A DNA stretch of 64,000 nt from Polyangiales bacterium (GTDB taxonomy: Bacteria; Myxococcota_A; Polyangia; Polyangiales; JADJQN01): contig CAXNJO010000013.1 in assembly GCA_964202905.1 (NCBI GenBank), positions 64,001 through 128,000 of the forward strand, read 5' to 3'. Both the position numbers and the translations under genes were made by a program. The notes below the pieces were generated by a model. It did not search any database. It saw only the letters and a list, made by a program, of their open reading frames with translations, and had not been told where the DNA came from. Shown piece by piece: positions 31,052-41,464 of this stretch (positions are counted from its first letter, which is position 1; the number at the start of each line of letters is the position of its first letter).

Positions 31052-32445
31052 TCGTCCGCGCCGAGGTCCGGGGCCCCGTCGTCGCGCGGGTCCCCGTCGA
31101 GATCGCGCGTCGCCTCCGCGACGGGGACCCCCTGATCGATGGCCGCGGACGCCGAGGCGGCCAGGTGGAGATCCCCGCCCGCCGCGTCGACGAAGAGCGA
31201 GGGGTCGATCGACTCGAGGTTGTGGTCCGCCGTCGACGTGCCGCTCCGCACCGTGATCCGCCGCGCGAGGTTGTTCCGCACGGTCGTGATCGCGTTGTCG
31301 AAGCGCGTGTCGATGGACGAGAAAGAGCCCGTCGCCCCCGGCAGCTCGAGGATGGTGTTGTGGACGACGACCGCGCCGCGCGCCTGCGCGAGCTCGATGC
31401 CGGTGTCGTACCAGGGCACGTCCGCGACGATCACGTTGTTGCGGATGACCCCGCCGTAGTGGCCGACGAAGAGCCCCGGCGCGGGGTCGTCGGGGTACGC
31501 GCGCGAGGGTCCGGATTCGACGAGCCCGAAGCCGACGCCGCGCGCGCAGTCGACGATGCGGTTGCGCTCGACGACGGTGTCGCGCGAGCCGATCCAGAAG
31601 TGGATCGCGTGCTCCGCGAGGCCCTCGCCCGCGCAGTACAGGCCGCGGAAGTCGTTGTCGCGGACCTGCCACCCGCGCGCCGCGTGCACGTCGATGCCGC
31701 CCGTGTAGCAGCCGCCGGGCGAGCGCTCGATGTACGGACGGCCCGCGTCCGTGAGCTCGAAGTCCGAGCAGCTCACGGTGCCCTCGTCGACGAAGGCGCT
31801 GCGCGCCGTGTTCGGATTCACCTTGAGGAACTGCTCGCCGCAGTCGCGCAGCCGCACGCCGTGCATCGTGAAGCCGCGCACGTCGGCGCCGCCGTCAGGC
31901 GGGGTCACGTGCACGCAGTGGTCGACCGCGTGCGTGATCGTGAGCTCCGCGACCGTGACGCGCGACGCGACCACGGAGAGGACCTCGAACGTCGTGTATT
32001 CGCCGTCGATCACGACGGCAGCGGCGTCGCCCGAGGCCGATCGGAGCGTGACGCCGTCGGCGCGCACGACGATGCGCCGCTCCGACTCGCCGCCCGTCAT
32101 GCGGTAGACGCCGTCCGCGAGCAGGAACGTGGTGTCCGGGGCGGCGTCCCGCACGAGCGCCGGGAGCGACGCCGCCATGCCCGGATCGACGCGCACGATC
32201 GCGCCCGCGGGGGCGGGCAGCGGCGCGCACGCGGCGACAGGCCCGGGCGGGGGGCCGCCCCCGTCGGTCGCAGGGACCGCGGCGTCCGCGGGGCCCGCAT
32301 CGCCGGTCGGCGTCGCGCCATCGGTGGGCGGCGCCGCATCGCGGAGGGCCGCGTCGGGGTCGGCTGCGTCGCCGCAGCCGGCGAGTGCGAGGAGCACGAG
32401 GTGCGGGAGGATTCCGCGCAGCGTCGGACCGGAAACACGCGTCAT
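31045..32445 (-). CDS. Right-handed parallel beta-helix lipoprotein
   Basis: Lipobox LAGC, pectin-lyase-like repeats, C-terminal DLHL...AIDQG...DLDG..R...PDLGADE. Confidence 0.8.
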   Translation of the reverse strand: MTRVSGPTLRGILPHLVLLALAGCGDAADPDAALRDAAPPTDGATPTGDAGPADAAVPATDGGGPPPGPVAACAPLPAPAGAIVRVDPGMAASLPALVRDAAPDTTFLLADGVYRMTGGESERRIVVRADGVTLRSASGDAAAVVIDGEYTTFEVLSVVASRVTVAELTITHAVDHCVHVTPPDGGADVRGFTMHGVRLRDCGEQFLKVNPNTARSAFVDEGTVSCSDFELTDAGRPYIERSPGGCYTGGIDVHAARGWQVRDNDFRGLYCAGEGLAEHAIHFWIGSRDTVVERNRIVDCARGVGFGLVESGPSRAYPDDPAPGLFVGHYGGVIRNNVIVADVPWYDTGIELAQARGAVVVHNTILELPGATGSFSSIDTRFDNAITTVRNNLARRITVRSGTSTADHNLESIDPSLFVDAAGGDLHLAASASAAIDQGVPVAEATRDLDGDPRDDGAPDLGADER

Positions 32446-32590
32446 CGTCGGTCGCCTTTCGTGAGAGGGGGCCGAGGCGAGACGTTGCACGCCCAGCCCG
32501 CCGGACACCAGCGGGATCGGGCGACCAGCGGGACCGCTGGGCTGCCGCGCGACCCGCGTGGCACGCAAGGCCGCGTCACCGCGGGCGCGG

Positions 32591-32615
32591 CGCGCACTGA
32601 ACCACGATTCAGCGC
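32591..32615 (+). repeat. 25-bp palindromic repeat, copy 3
   Basis: CGCGCACTGAACCACGATTCAGCGC, 1 mismatch to copy 2. Confidence 0.8.
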
Positions 32616-32672
32616 CGTGCGGAGCGCGGCGGGAACTGGACCCGCGCGGCTGCGGCGTGCGACACGCCCCCC

Positions 32673-33383
32673 ATGGCGGCACGCAAGCGAGCTTCGGCCC
32701 CAACGCTGGGCGACGCGATCGCGCAGGCGGCGCGCGCGGCGCACGAGGGCGACGTCGTCGTCGGCGATCGGGCCAAGCGGCTGCATCGCGTGACGCTTCG
32801 CCTCGGCCGCATCGTCGGCGTGCAGATCGCGGGGCGATTCGACCCGCTGCTCGACCACCTGCGGCGCGCAGGCGCGCTCGACGAGGCCGGCTCGTACGCG
32901 GTGCTCGAGGCGCTCGCCCGCTCGGGGCGGCGCGTCGGCGAGCTCGCGGAGGAGGTCGCCGGGATCTCCCGCGAGGCCGTGCGCGCAGCGATCCACGCGC
33001 AGCTGCGCGGACGCCTCACGCAGCTGCTCGCGCTCGCCGCACGCGAGGGCAGCGCGCCGCGCCTCGAGGCCCGTGAGGTCGAGCCGAACGAGCGCCACGG
33101 CGAGCTCCCCTGGCGCGAGGCGCTGCACGGCGCGCCGCGCGCACGCGACCTCAACGACGCCGAGCGCCCCGCGCCCGTCCGCGCGCTGAAGGGGCGCGGC
33201 AGCGCCGAGGCGCTCGCCGAGCGCAGCGCGGTGCACGCGGTCGCGAGCCGCGAGGAGTTGAGGCGCCTCGCGCTGCAGTGTCACCCCGATCTCACGCGGC
33301 ACCTCCCGCCTGCGGAGCAGGACGCGCGCGCCGCGCTCCTCGCCCGCGCGACGGCCGCATTTCACGGCCTTCGCCAGCCCTAA
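32673..33383 (+). CDS. Hypothetical protein with C-terminal J-domain-like segment
   Basis: LRRLALQCHPD motif; N-terminal RRVGEL segment. Confidence 0.6.
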   Translation: MAARKRASAPTLGDAIAQAARAAHEGDVVVGDRAKRLHRVTLRLGRIVGVQIAGRFDPLLDHLRRAGALDEAGSYAVLEALARSGRRVGELAEEVAGISREAVRAAIHAQLRGRLTQLLALAAREGSAPRLEAREVEPNERHGELPWREALHGAPRARDLNDAERPAPVRALKGRGSAEALAERSAVHAVASREELRRLALQCHPDLTRHLPPAEQDARAALLARATAAFHGLRQP

Positions 33384-33458
33384 CCCACGCTTGCGCCCCC
33401 CGGGGGCAACGTGTATGCAGCGACCGCCCTCGGGCCCCACACCCGGGCGCAGGGGATC

Positions 33459-34745
33459 ATGACACTGCTGCAGGCCGTCAAGGGGATGAACGATCTGCTG
33501 CCCGCGGAATTCGGCCGCTGGCAGCGCCTCGAGCGACGTTTCCGCGAGGTCACGGCGCGCTACGGCTACCGCGAGGTGCGCACGCCCATCGTCGAGCCGA
33601 CGCAGCTCTTCGTGCGCTCGATCGGCGAGGCCACCGACGTCGTCGAGAAGGAGATGTACACCTTCGTCGACAAGGGCGACGACTCGCTCACGTTGCGCCC
33701 CGAGGGCACCGCGGGCGCCGTGCGTGCGTACCTCGAGCACGCGGTGTACGGACAGGAGCCCGTCACGAAGTGGATCTACGTCGGCCCGATGTACCGCCGC
33801 GAGCGCCCCGCGAAGGGCCGCTACCGGCAGTTTCATCAGGCCGGCGCCGAGCTCTACGGCGATGCGGGGCCGTACGTGGACGCCGAGATGATCGACATGC
33901 TCGCGACCTTCCTGCGCGAGGTGGGCGTGCTCGACGTCGAGGTGCTCGTGAACTCGCTCGGCGGCCCCGCGACGCGCGTGCGCTACCGCGAGGCGCTCGT
34001 CGCGCACTTCACGCCCCTGCGCGAGCAGCTCAGCGAGGAGAGCCGCCGCCGCCTCGAGACGAACCCGCTCCGCATCCTCGACAGCAAGGCCGAGGCCGAC
34101 AAGGCCGCCTCGCTCGGGGCGCCGAGCCTCCTCGACTACCTCGACGACGCCGACCGCGCGCACTTCGACGGGCTGCGGCGCACGCTCGATGCGCTCGGCA
34201 CCGCGTACCGCGTCGAGCCGCGCCTCGTGCGCGGGCTGGACTACTACACGCGGACGCTCTTCGAGATCCAGGGGCGCGGCGGCGGGCTCGGCGCACAGAG
34301 CACCATCTGCGGCGGCGGCCGCTACGACAACCTCGTCCAGCAGCTCGGCGGGCCGGCGACGCCCGCCATCGGCTTCGCCTTCGGCATCGAGCGCGTGTTG
34401 CTCGCCGGGCAGGAGGAGCCGGAGGCCCCGCGCTGCGACGTCCTCGTCGTCGCCGCCTCGCCCGCGGAGCTCGGCGAGGCCGTGCTCGCGGCGCGCGATC
34501 TGCGGGCGCGCGGGCTCGTGGTCGAGGCCGACCTCCGCGGCCAATCGCTGAAGAACCAGCTGCGCCGCGCCGACAAGCTCGGCGCGCGCCTCGCGGTGCT
34601 GATCGGCGGCGCCGAGTTCGAGCGCGGCGTCGTGCAGCTCAAGGACCTCGCTGCCCGCGCACAGCGCGAGGTGCCGCGCGGCGAGCTCGTCGCGAGCGTC
34701 CTCGCGCAGCTCGCCGCCCTCCCCCCGGCGGGCTTGCCCGGATGA
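33459..34745 (+). CDS. hisS: Histidine--tRNA ligase
   Basis: KGMND, LRPEGTA, RERPAKGRYRQFHQ, LVRGLDYY, GGGRYD, FGIER. Confidence 0.98.
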   Translation: MTLLQAVKGMNDLLPAEFGRWQRLERRFREVTARYGYREVRTPIVEPTQLFVRSIGEATDVVEKEMYTFVDKGDDSLTLRPEGTAGAVRAYLEHAVYGQEPVTKWIYVGPMYRRERPAKGRYRQFHQAGAELYGDAGPYVDAEMIDMLATFLREVGVLDVEVLVNSLGGPATRVRYREALVAHFTPLREQLSEESRRRLETNPLRILDSKAEADKAASLGAPSLLDYLDDADRAHFDGLRRTLDALGTAYRVEPRLVRGLDYYTRTLFEIQGRGGGLGAQSTICGGGRYDNLVQQLGGPATPAIGFAFGIERVLLAGQEEPEAPRCDVLVVAASPAELGEAVLAARDLRARGLVVEADLRGQSLKNQLRRADKLGARLAVLIGGAEFERGVVQLKDLAARAQREVPRGELVASVLAQLAALPPAGLPG

Positions 34746-36595
34746 CCCGCGCCGCACGCCTCGCGATCGCGATCGCCCTCGTGTTCGCCACGATCGGCGC
34801 CACCCACACCGTCGCCGCGCAGGTCCGCGAGGTCGCGCCCACCGGGGCCTCGGACGAGGCGGCCGACGAGGACGCCGACGGCGAGGCAAACGCAACCGGT
34901 GATGCAGGTGCAACCGGTGATGCAGGTGCAACCGGTGATGCAGATGCAACCGGTGATGCAGATGCAACCGGTGATGCAGATGCAACCGGTGATGCAGATG
35001 CAACCGGTGATGCAGATGCAACCGGTGATGCAGATGCAACCGGTGATGCAGGTGCGAACGGTGACGAGGCGGGCGACCCCGCGGCCGCCGCCGAGGAGCC
35101 CGCCCCGGGGGACGTCGACGACGCGCCCCGCAGCGTGACCGTCCCCTACACGTTGGGGCTCCCCGATCCGCGCGACACGTACCGCCTCGTGCTGCCGCCG
35201 CTGCTGATCGAGCGGCGCGGCGACGTGCGCACGATCGCCGTCTTCCCCTTCGTCTACGACCGCCGCACGCCCGACGACCACCAGCTGCTCGCGGGCCCGT
35301 ACTACCGGCGCCGAGGACGCGAGGGCGCCGCGGACGTCGTCTTCCCGTTCTTCTGGTCGTTCCGCGGGGCGACGAGCGCCTCGTGGGCGGTGCCCCCCGT
35401 GTACTACCGCAGCGCCTCGGACGGCTTCGACTTCGGCGTCGCGCCGCTCGTGTTCACGGGGCGGAGCGGGCACAAGGTCTACACCGTCCTACCGCCGCTG
35501 CTCACGGTCTCGTTCGCGGACGCCGAGCACGCGCACACGTTCGCCGGTCCGTTCTGGCGCATCCGGTCGGGGGAGGACGTCGACTGGGGCATCTTCCCGC
35601 TCGCGTGGTTCTTCGACAGCGCCGCGCGGACGACCAGCCTCGTGCCGCCCTTCTTCTTCCGCGTCGAGGACCACGAGGCGGGCAGCGCGCTCACGGTCGT
35701 GCCGCCGGTCTACCACCACAGCACCGCGGACTCCGAGTACTGGGGCGTCGCGGGGCTCCTGCACCACCACCACGACGCGGACGGGAGCGCGCTCACGATC
35801 CCGCCGCTCGCGTTCCACTACGCGCGCGAGACGGACGGCGACGTGCGCCTGATCACGCCGCTCGGCGGCTACTCGGACGTCGACGGCCAGCAGACGCTCG
35901 TCACGCCCGTCTACCAACGGCATCGCGGCGAGACGTGGTTCGACTCCGTCGCGCCCCTCTTCTTCGCGTGGGGCGACGAGCGCCAGCAGAGTTTCAACCT
36001 GCTCATCCCGCCCCTCGTGTTTCACCGTCGCACGCCCGGCTCCACCGCAACGGCCGTCCTGCCCTTCTACGCGCACATCGGGGAGCGCGGGCGCTTCGAC
36101 ACCTGGCTGACGCCCGTCTTCGGGCACTGGCGGAGCCACACGCGCGACGCGTCCAACACCTGGATCTTCCCCACGATCCAGTTCGGACACGACGAGGTCT
36201 CGTCGACATTCAACATCCACCCGCTCGTGTACTCGCGGCGCGGCCGCAGCGGGCGACACCTCGTGATCGCGCCGCTCTACTGGGACTTCGAGGACGCGAA
36301 CGCGGGCACCCGCGCGACCGTCGGGTTTCCGCTCTACTGGCGCTTTCGCACCAAGAACAGCGTCAGCCAGGTGGCGCTCAACACGTACTGGCACGAGCGC
36401 CGCGAGCGCGGCGTGCGCGCCTGGGAGTTCCACTTCTTCCCGCTGTTCGCGTTCGGCTCCAGCGCGCCCGGGGATCACTGGTGGAACGTGCTCTACGGGC
36501 TCGTCGGCTACGCGCGCACGGGAAGCTACGCCCGCGCGCAGGTGTTGTGGGCGCCCTTCCAGGTGGACGGACCGGCAGTCGCCCCCGCCCGCTGA
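34742..36595 (+). CDS. Exported protein with acidic VNTR and aromatic beta-rich repeats (xFPxY/W)
   Basis: Signal peptide, ATGDAx repeat, repeated VFPF/PPVY/PLYW strands; overlaps the hisS stop. Confidence 0.75.
   Translation: MTRAARLAIAIALVFATIGATHTVAAQVREVAPTGASDEAADEDADGEANATGDAGATGDAGATGDADATGDADATGDADATGDADATGDADATGDADATGDAGANGDEAGDPAAAAEEPAPGDVDDAPRSVTVPYTLGLPDPRDTYRLVLPPLLIERRGDVRTIAVFPFVYDRRTPDDHQLLAGPYYRRRGREGAADVVFPFFWSFRGATSASWAVPPVYYRSASDGFDFGVAPLVFTGRSGHKVYTVLPPLLTVSFADAEHAHTFAGPFWRIRSGEDVDWGIFPLAWFFDSAARTTSLVPPFFFRVEDHEAGSALTVVPPVYHHSTADSEYWGVAGLLHHHHDADGSALTIPPLAFHYARETDGDVRLITPLGGYSDVDGQQTLVTPVYQRHRGETWFDSVAPLFFAWGDERQQSFNLLIPPLVFHRRTPGSTATAVLPFYAHIGERGRFDTWLTPVFGHWRSHTRDASNTWIFPTIQFGHDEVSSTFNIHPLVYSRRGRSGRHLVIAPLYWDFEDANAGTRATVGFPLYWRFRTKNSVSQVALNTYWHERRERGVRAWEFHFFPLFAFGSSAPGDHWWNVLYGLVGYARTGSYARAQVLWAPFQVDGPAVAPAR
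34892..35053 (+). repeat. 18-bp tandem repeat x9 (GCAACCGGTGATGCAGRT)
   Basis: Nine units encoding ATGDAG/ATGDAD. Confidence 0.97.
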
Positions 36596-36658
36596 CGCGC
36601 GGAGGTGCACGGCGCACGGGCCGCGGGCGCGTGGCGCGACGGCGGAACGCGACGCCTA
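36172..36658 (+). repeat. Left copy of 487-bp diverged direct repeat
   Basis: Colinear with 63103-63589 (gene 3' end plus downstream sequence). Confidence 0.92.
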
Positions 36659-36704
36659 ATCGGCGCGGCGTAGCATGGGCCGCGCAGCGCCGTCGCCTGC
36701 GGCG

Positions 36705-38417
36705 TTAGCCTCGGCGCGTCCTCCGTCGCAACAGCACGCCGAGCAGCAGCGCCAGCGCCGCGAACGCGCTGTTCGGCGTAGTATCGCGCGCGCCCGGCAC
36801 CGCGCAGCCGCAACCGTCGTCGCGCTCCGGCATGGGCATGGCCGCGCCCGCATCCGCGCTCCCCGCATCGATGTCGGGCAGTCCCGCATCGCCGGGAACA
36901 CCCGCGTCCATCGGCTCCACGCACGTCGTCGGCCCCGCGGCAGCCGACACGCGCCGCTCCGTCCAGCCCTTCGGCTGGAAATACGCGGGATCGTCCGGCG
37001 CGCTCTCGTCGTACCCGATCTGCGCGACCGCGAGCACCTGCACGTCCGTGCCCGCGTCGAGCGTCACGCACGCCTCGAGCGTCGCGCCCGTGCCCCGCGC
37101 GACCTCGACGCCATCGACGAAGAGCGCGAGCGCGCTGAGCGCACGCCCGTCCGGATCCGTCGCGCGCACCGTCACGCGCCGGGCGCCCGCGATCGTGTCG
37201 CCGGCCTCGAGCCCCTCGATCGTGACCACCGGGCGCGTGGCGTAGGGCGCCGTGATCGGATCGCCGAGCACGAGATTCTTCCAATACGTGAAGGGAAGTC
37301 GCCGGAAATACGCCTCTGCGAGCGTCGATCCCTCCGCGTAGTCGGTCACGAAATACCGCGAAGGAAAGCAGTTGCTGAGCGGTTCCTCGACGGTGCCGTG
37401 CACGCCCGCGACGCCCTGCGCGACCCAGCGCGCGATCGACACCTGCGTCTCGCCCATCGGCTCGAAGTTCAGAGGCACCGCGCCGTAGCTCGTGAGGTTG
37501 TCGACGATCGCGCCGGGCACGAAGGTGTTGCCCTCGATCGTGCGCCCGATGGCCGCCGTGCCCGTGATGAAGGCCGCGAGCGTCAGCCCCTCGATATTCG
37601 CGTCGAAGGGCACGCGCGCTGTGTCGCTCACGCCGACGGTGCCGAGCCGCCGGATCACCCCGTCATACTCGCGATCGAGCGAGCCGCGCGCGGGATCCGC
37701 GCCGTTCATGAAGAGGAAGCGCCCGCCCCCCGTGCGGCCCGCGCGATCGCCCTCGAGCCCGCTCGTCACGAGCCGCATCGCGTCCGCGTCGCTGCGCCCG
37801 TGCAGCATCGTCACGAGCAGCGGCCGCCAGCGCACGCCGAGCAGCGTCTCGTCGAAGCCCGCCGCAAACACGCGCCGCCGCTCGACGGGATTGCTCCAGC
37901 GCGCTGCACGACACGGCGTGCCTCCGCAATCGGCCACCCGTCCGGGCGGTTGACCGAGCAGCGGCGCGCCCTCGAACTCGGAACGCCAGACCGAGAGCGC
38001 AGCGGCGAGCGAGATCGGCTCGTCGACGCCGTCGCCCGGCACGATCACGCGGAGCGGCACGCCGCGCGTGAGCACGACGGCCTCGATCCGCTCGAGGACG
38101 CCCGCGCGCGTCAGGCACTCCGCGAGCGGTGCCTCGACCATCGCGCGGTATTCCGCGAGCGAGAGATCGATCTGCACGGGCAGCGCGAGCCGGCAGATCT
38201 GCCGCTCGGGAATCGCGCGACCCCGCGCATACGCCTCCGCGAGCGCCACGCTGCCAGGAACGTTCGCATTCGCGACGACGGCCACCGAGTCGGGCCCGGG
38301 TACCGCGCGCGCGGCCGTCGGACCGTGCAACGCCGCGACCGTGAGCGCGGCGACGACGAGGCGCGAGACGCGGCGAGTCCCCGCCGAGGCGGAGGTGGAG
38401 TGTGCGGCAGACGACAT
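36705..38417 (-). CDS. TIGR03790-like exported protein with MYXO-CTERM sorting signal
   Basis: VAVVANAN...S.ALAEAYA..R.IP, GAIVDNLTSYG, GTVEEP; C-terminal GCGCAVPG...LLGVLLRRR. Confidence 0.8.
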   Translation of the reverse strand: MSSAAHSTSASAGTRRVSRLVVAALTVAALHGPTAARAVPGPDSVAVVANANVPGSVALAEAYARGRAIPERQICRLALPVQIDLSLAEYRAMVEAPLAECLTRAGVLERIEAVVLTRGVPLRVIVPGDGVDEPISLAAALSVWRSEFEGAPLLGQPPGRVADCGGTPCRAARWSNPVERRRVFAAGFDETLLGVRWRPLLVTMLHGRSDADAMRLVTSGLEGDRAGRTGGGRFLFMNGADPARGSLDREYDGVIRRLGTVGVSDTARVPFDANIEGLTLAAFITGTAAIGRTIEGNTFVPGAIVDNLTSYGAVPLNFEPMGETQVSIARWVAQGVAGVHGTVEEPLSNCFPSRYFVTDYAEGSTLAEAYFRRLPFTYWKNLVLGDPITAPYATRPVVTIEGLEAGDTIAGARRVTVRATDPDGRALSALALFVDGVEVARGTGATLEACVTLDAGTDVQVLAVAQIGYDESAPDDPAYFQPKGWTERRVSAAAGPTTCVEPMDAGVPGDAGLPDIDAGSADAGAAMPMPERDDGCGCAVPGARDTTPNSAFAALALLLGVLLRRRTRRG

Positions 38418-38541
38418 GCGTCCGAACCTATCAAACAGCCAGGCGGCTGGCTGTCTGCGTCGCGCATCGCCCAAAAAAGCGAGAGGCCCGGGGCATCGCT
38501 GCGCCGGGCCTCGCGGTATCGATCAATCCGGCGCGCAGGCT

Positions 38542-38754
38542 TCAGATGCAGTCGGGGTGGTATCGGCCGAGGTCGCGGATGACCTCGGGGTCCTCACGGA
38601 AGAGCTCGGACCAGCGGACCCAGATGTCGGGGATCGCGAAGTCGCGGAGGTTGGCGATGGCCGCCGGAGCGTCGTCGTTCAGGTCGACGCGCGAGCCGAC
38701 GACGTCACGCTCGACGACCTCGCGGGGCTGCACAGGCTCCGTCGGCGTCGTCGT
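38542..38754 (-). pseudogene. 3' fragment of unknown gene cut at the first element end
   Basis: Frame stays open from the junction (TLTTTPTEPVQPREVV...) to the stop at 38542. Confidence 0.5.
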
Positions 38755-40185
38755 GAGGGTAACCGATCCAAGCCACCTTTGCTGAAACGGCGTTTGCTCC
38801 GGGGTTTGCGAGTCGGCGAGGCAGAGAAGGTCGCGCTGTTCGCGCCGGAGCTGCTGGGGGCAGAACTGGGCGTTTTCCCGCGCGAAAGACAGAGCGGTGC
38901 AGCAGGACGCGCCGAGGAGCGGTCCGTGGAGTCAACGAGGGGTGTGCGGCTGCGGTGGGCTACGCGGCGTAGTCGTCGGCGGGGTCTCGGGCCTTGGCGA
39001 GCGGCGGCGCCTCGGCGGGTCTGCCGAGGTGACGTAGGAAGCGCCGGACTTGAACTTGGTCGCGGAGCACAGCCATGAGGCGCAGGCGACCGTGGCACTT
39101 GGGGCAGTCGAGCACGTCGATATCGTGGCTGCGGCGGAGCAGGTGGGCCCAGCTCGCGGTGGGTCGGGTCATCAGGAGGGCGCCGTCGAGGAGCCTGCGG
39201 AGGTGCTCGTCGGTGAGGATGTACGGTGAGCAGAGCGCGGAGGGTGGAGGCTCGTCCGGCGCCGCGGTGTCGGCGGCGTAGAGCAGGTCGATGTCGCGGA
39301 CATCATCGTCGCTCGGCGCGATGTACGCAGCGGGTGCGATGCCGCCGATGTCGTGCTCGTGATGCGCGCAGCCTGGCGATGGCTCTCCGTCGCGCTCACC
39401 GCACTCAGGCTCGTTCGGTACGCGCGCGGTGATGCGTACGAGCTTCGCGCGGAGCCGACGAGGCTTGGGCACCACGAGCCTTCGCCACGAGTAGCCGGGG
39501 GCGAAGACTCCGTGATAGCGGAGCAGCGGATGGCGCGGACTCGGCACCAGCGCAGCGATGCGCGCCATGAGCTCGGAGCCCGTCATCACGCGATGGGTCC
39601 GAGCGCCGCGGCCGTACTTGGTGCGGTAGCTGTAGCGGCCGTCGGCGAGCTTCTCGAGGCGCTCGAGCGCGATCGCTGGCCTCGCGCAGTAGCGAATCAA
39701 ACGCTCGCGACCGATATCGTCGCCGGCTGCGATGAACACGCGCGCGTCCAAGTCGAAGCCGTCCTCGGTGCAGAAGTGCTTGGAGTGGATGGCCTTGCGC
39801 TCGAAGCGCCGCTCGCCCTCGGTGCTCTGCGACTGCGACTCCGACTCCGAGGGCAGAGCGACGAGCTGCCCGTATTTCAGCGCGAGCTGCTGGCAGCTTC
39901 GTAGGCTGTCGAGCGCGTCGTCTTGCTCGGGCGACGGCTCACGCTCGCCCAGATATCCGTGACGGCGCAGCCAGCGAAGGATGCTCTTGCGCGCGCGCAG
40001 CACGACGCGCTCGACCTCTGCGCGCGTCGGTGGCGGGAGCGGGATGAAGCGAACGCCTCGTTCGGCGGGGACGAACACCCCGTCTGTCGCGACGACGTGT
40101 GGGTGCACGTTGAGGTTGAGCGAGCCGCCGAAATTCTGCACGAACGTGAGCGCTCCCGGCTCGCTGCCGGGCACGCCGCTGCGAT
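38755..40185 (-). mobile_element. IS91/ISCR-like element unit J1: putative oriIS end plus longest transposase fragment
   Basis: Starts GAGGGTAACCGATCCAAGCC; about 205 nt noncoding, then HUH transposase 3' part; right boundary approximate. Confidence 0.88.
38960..40185 (-). pseudogene. IS91/ISCR family rolling-circle transposase, 5'-truncated
   Basis: QNFGGSLNLNVHPH (HUH), ERLIRYCARP (single Tyr as in ISCR), LRYHGVFAP, WAHLLRR, CPKCHG; lacks N-terminal Zn domain. Confidence 0.9.
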
Positions 40186-41329
40186 GCACGAGGCTCGTAC
40201 CCGATCGGCGAGCGCTTCGACGACGAGGGCTACAGCGGCGCGACCATCGAACGCCCCAGCCTGGAGAGGCTCATCGCGCGCATCCAGGACGGCGACATCC
40301 AGCGCGTCATCGTCTACCGGCTCGATCGCCTCACGCGGAAGCTCACCGACTGGGCGTTGCTCGTGCGGGTGTTCGAGCGGTTCAACGTCGGCCTCACGGT
40401 CGTGCACGGCGCCATCGACGCCGAGGCCGGCTCCCTCGCGCGGCTGCAGCTCAACCTGCTCGCGACCTTCGCCGAGCTGGAGCGCGACATGATCGGCGAG
40501 CGTCTGGCCGACGCCCGCGCCACGAAGAAGGCCCGCGGAGAACGCGCCGCAGGTCGCGTGCCTCTTGGCTACGCCGCGGATCCGAAGACGAAGCAGCTCG
40601 TCATCGTCGAGTCGGAGGCGACCGTCGTGCGCTGGTTCTTCACGGAGGCCGGGAGCGGCAAGTCGACCGCCGAGCTTGTCGCGCGAGCGAACGCTCTCCG
40701 GCTCATCGCGAAGAACGGCAAGCGGGGCGAGTGGTCAGCGCGCTCCGTTCTGCGCCTCCTGCAGAACCCCGTGTACGCCGGTCGTCGCCCCGATGGCGCG
40801 GCCGCAGTGCACACCGCGCTCTTGCCTGTGGTCCTCTACGAGCGCGTGCAGGCAGCGATCGTCGCACGCAAGACGAGAGCCACCACGACGCGATCGAAGG
40901 TCGACGAGCGCGACGATCCTTTCCTCCTTCGCGGCCTGCTGGTCTGCGAAGGGTGCGGCCGCACGATGACGACCTCGATGAGCACCGCGCTCACCAAGAA
41001 GACCGCCCCGAAAGCGCCGCGCTACTACCGAGGCCGCACCGACGGCTGCGACGGCGGTCAGATCGCGGCCAGCGCTGTCGAAGGCATGGTCCTCGATGCG
41101 CTTCGCCGGCCCCAGTGGAACTGGCCCGACTCGGCAAAGGAGCGACTCGGCAAAGGAGCGACTCGCGCTGCTCGCCTCGACGTGGGACGTGCTCTGGCCG
41201 CAGAACCGGCGCCGCGCGCTCGCCGACGTGTTCGAGACGATGACGTGGCGTTCGCGAACGAACCGGCTGCTGGTGCGACTCCGCGTGGCGGCGAGCCACC
41301 CCGGCACGGACGAGACCGCCACCGGCTGA
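40186..41329 (+). pseudogene. Large serine recombinase fragment (no catalytic N-terminus, frameshifted)
   Basis: DDEGYSG..IERP, YRLDRLTR, FAELER, PLGY, NPVYAG, LRGLLVCEGCG; 16-bp duplication at 41128-41159. Confidence 0.85.
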
Positions 41330-41464
41330 GGCTCCGGCACCGCGCCGGCGTAGGCCGCAAGGGCCCTGGCGCTCGGGAAGCGGGCGCGCGGTCGATCGCG
41401 CGCAGGCCGTTGCCGGGCTCCTGGACGCGCCGTCACAGCGTCGCGCGTTGACCGCGCACGGATC

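Noticed and set aside
27292..35039. Very long alternative-frame ORFs (27292-30438, 32442-35039 with HLHHRL repeats)
   Set aside because: Shadow ORFs of GC-rich genes; the His repeat is the antisense reading of the 18-bp VNTR.
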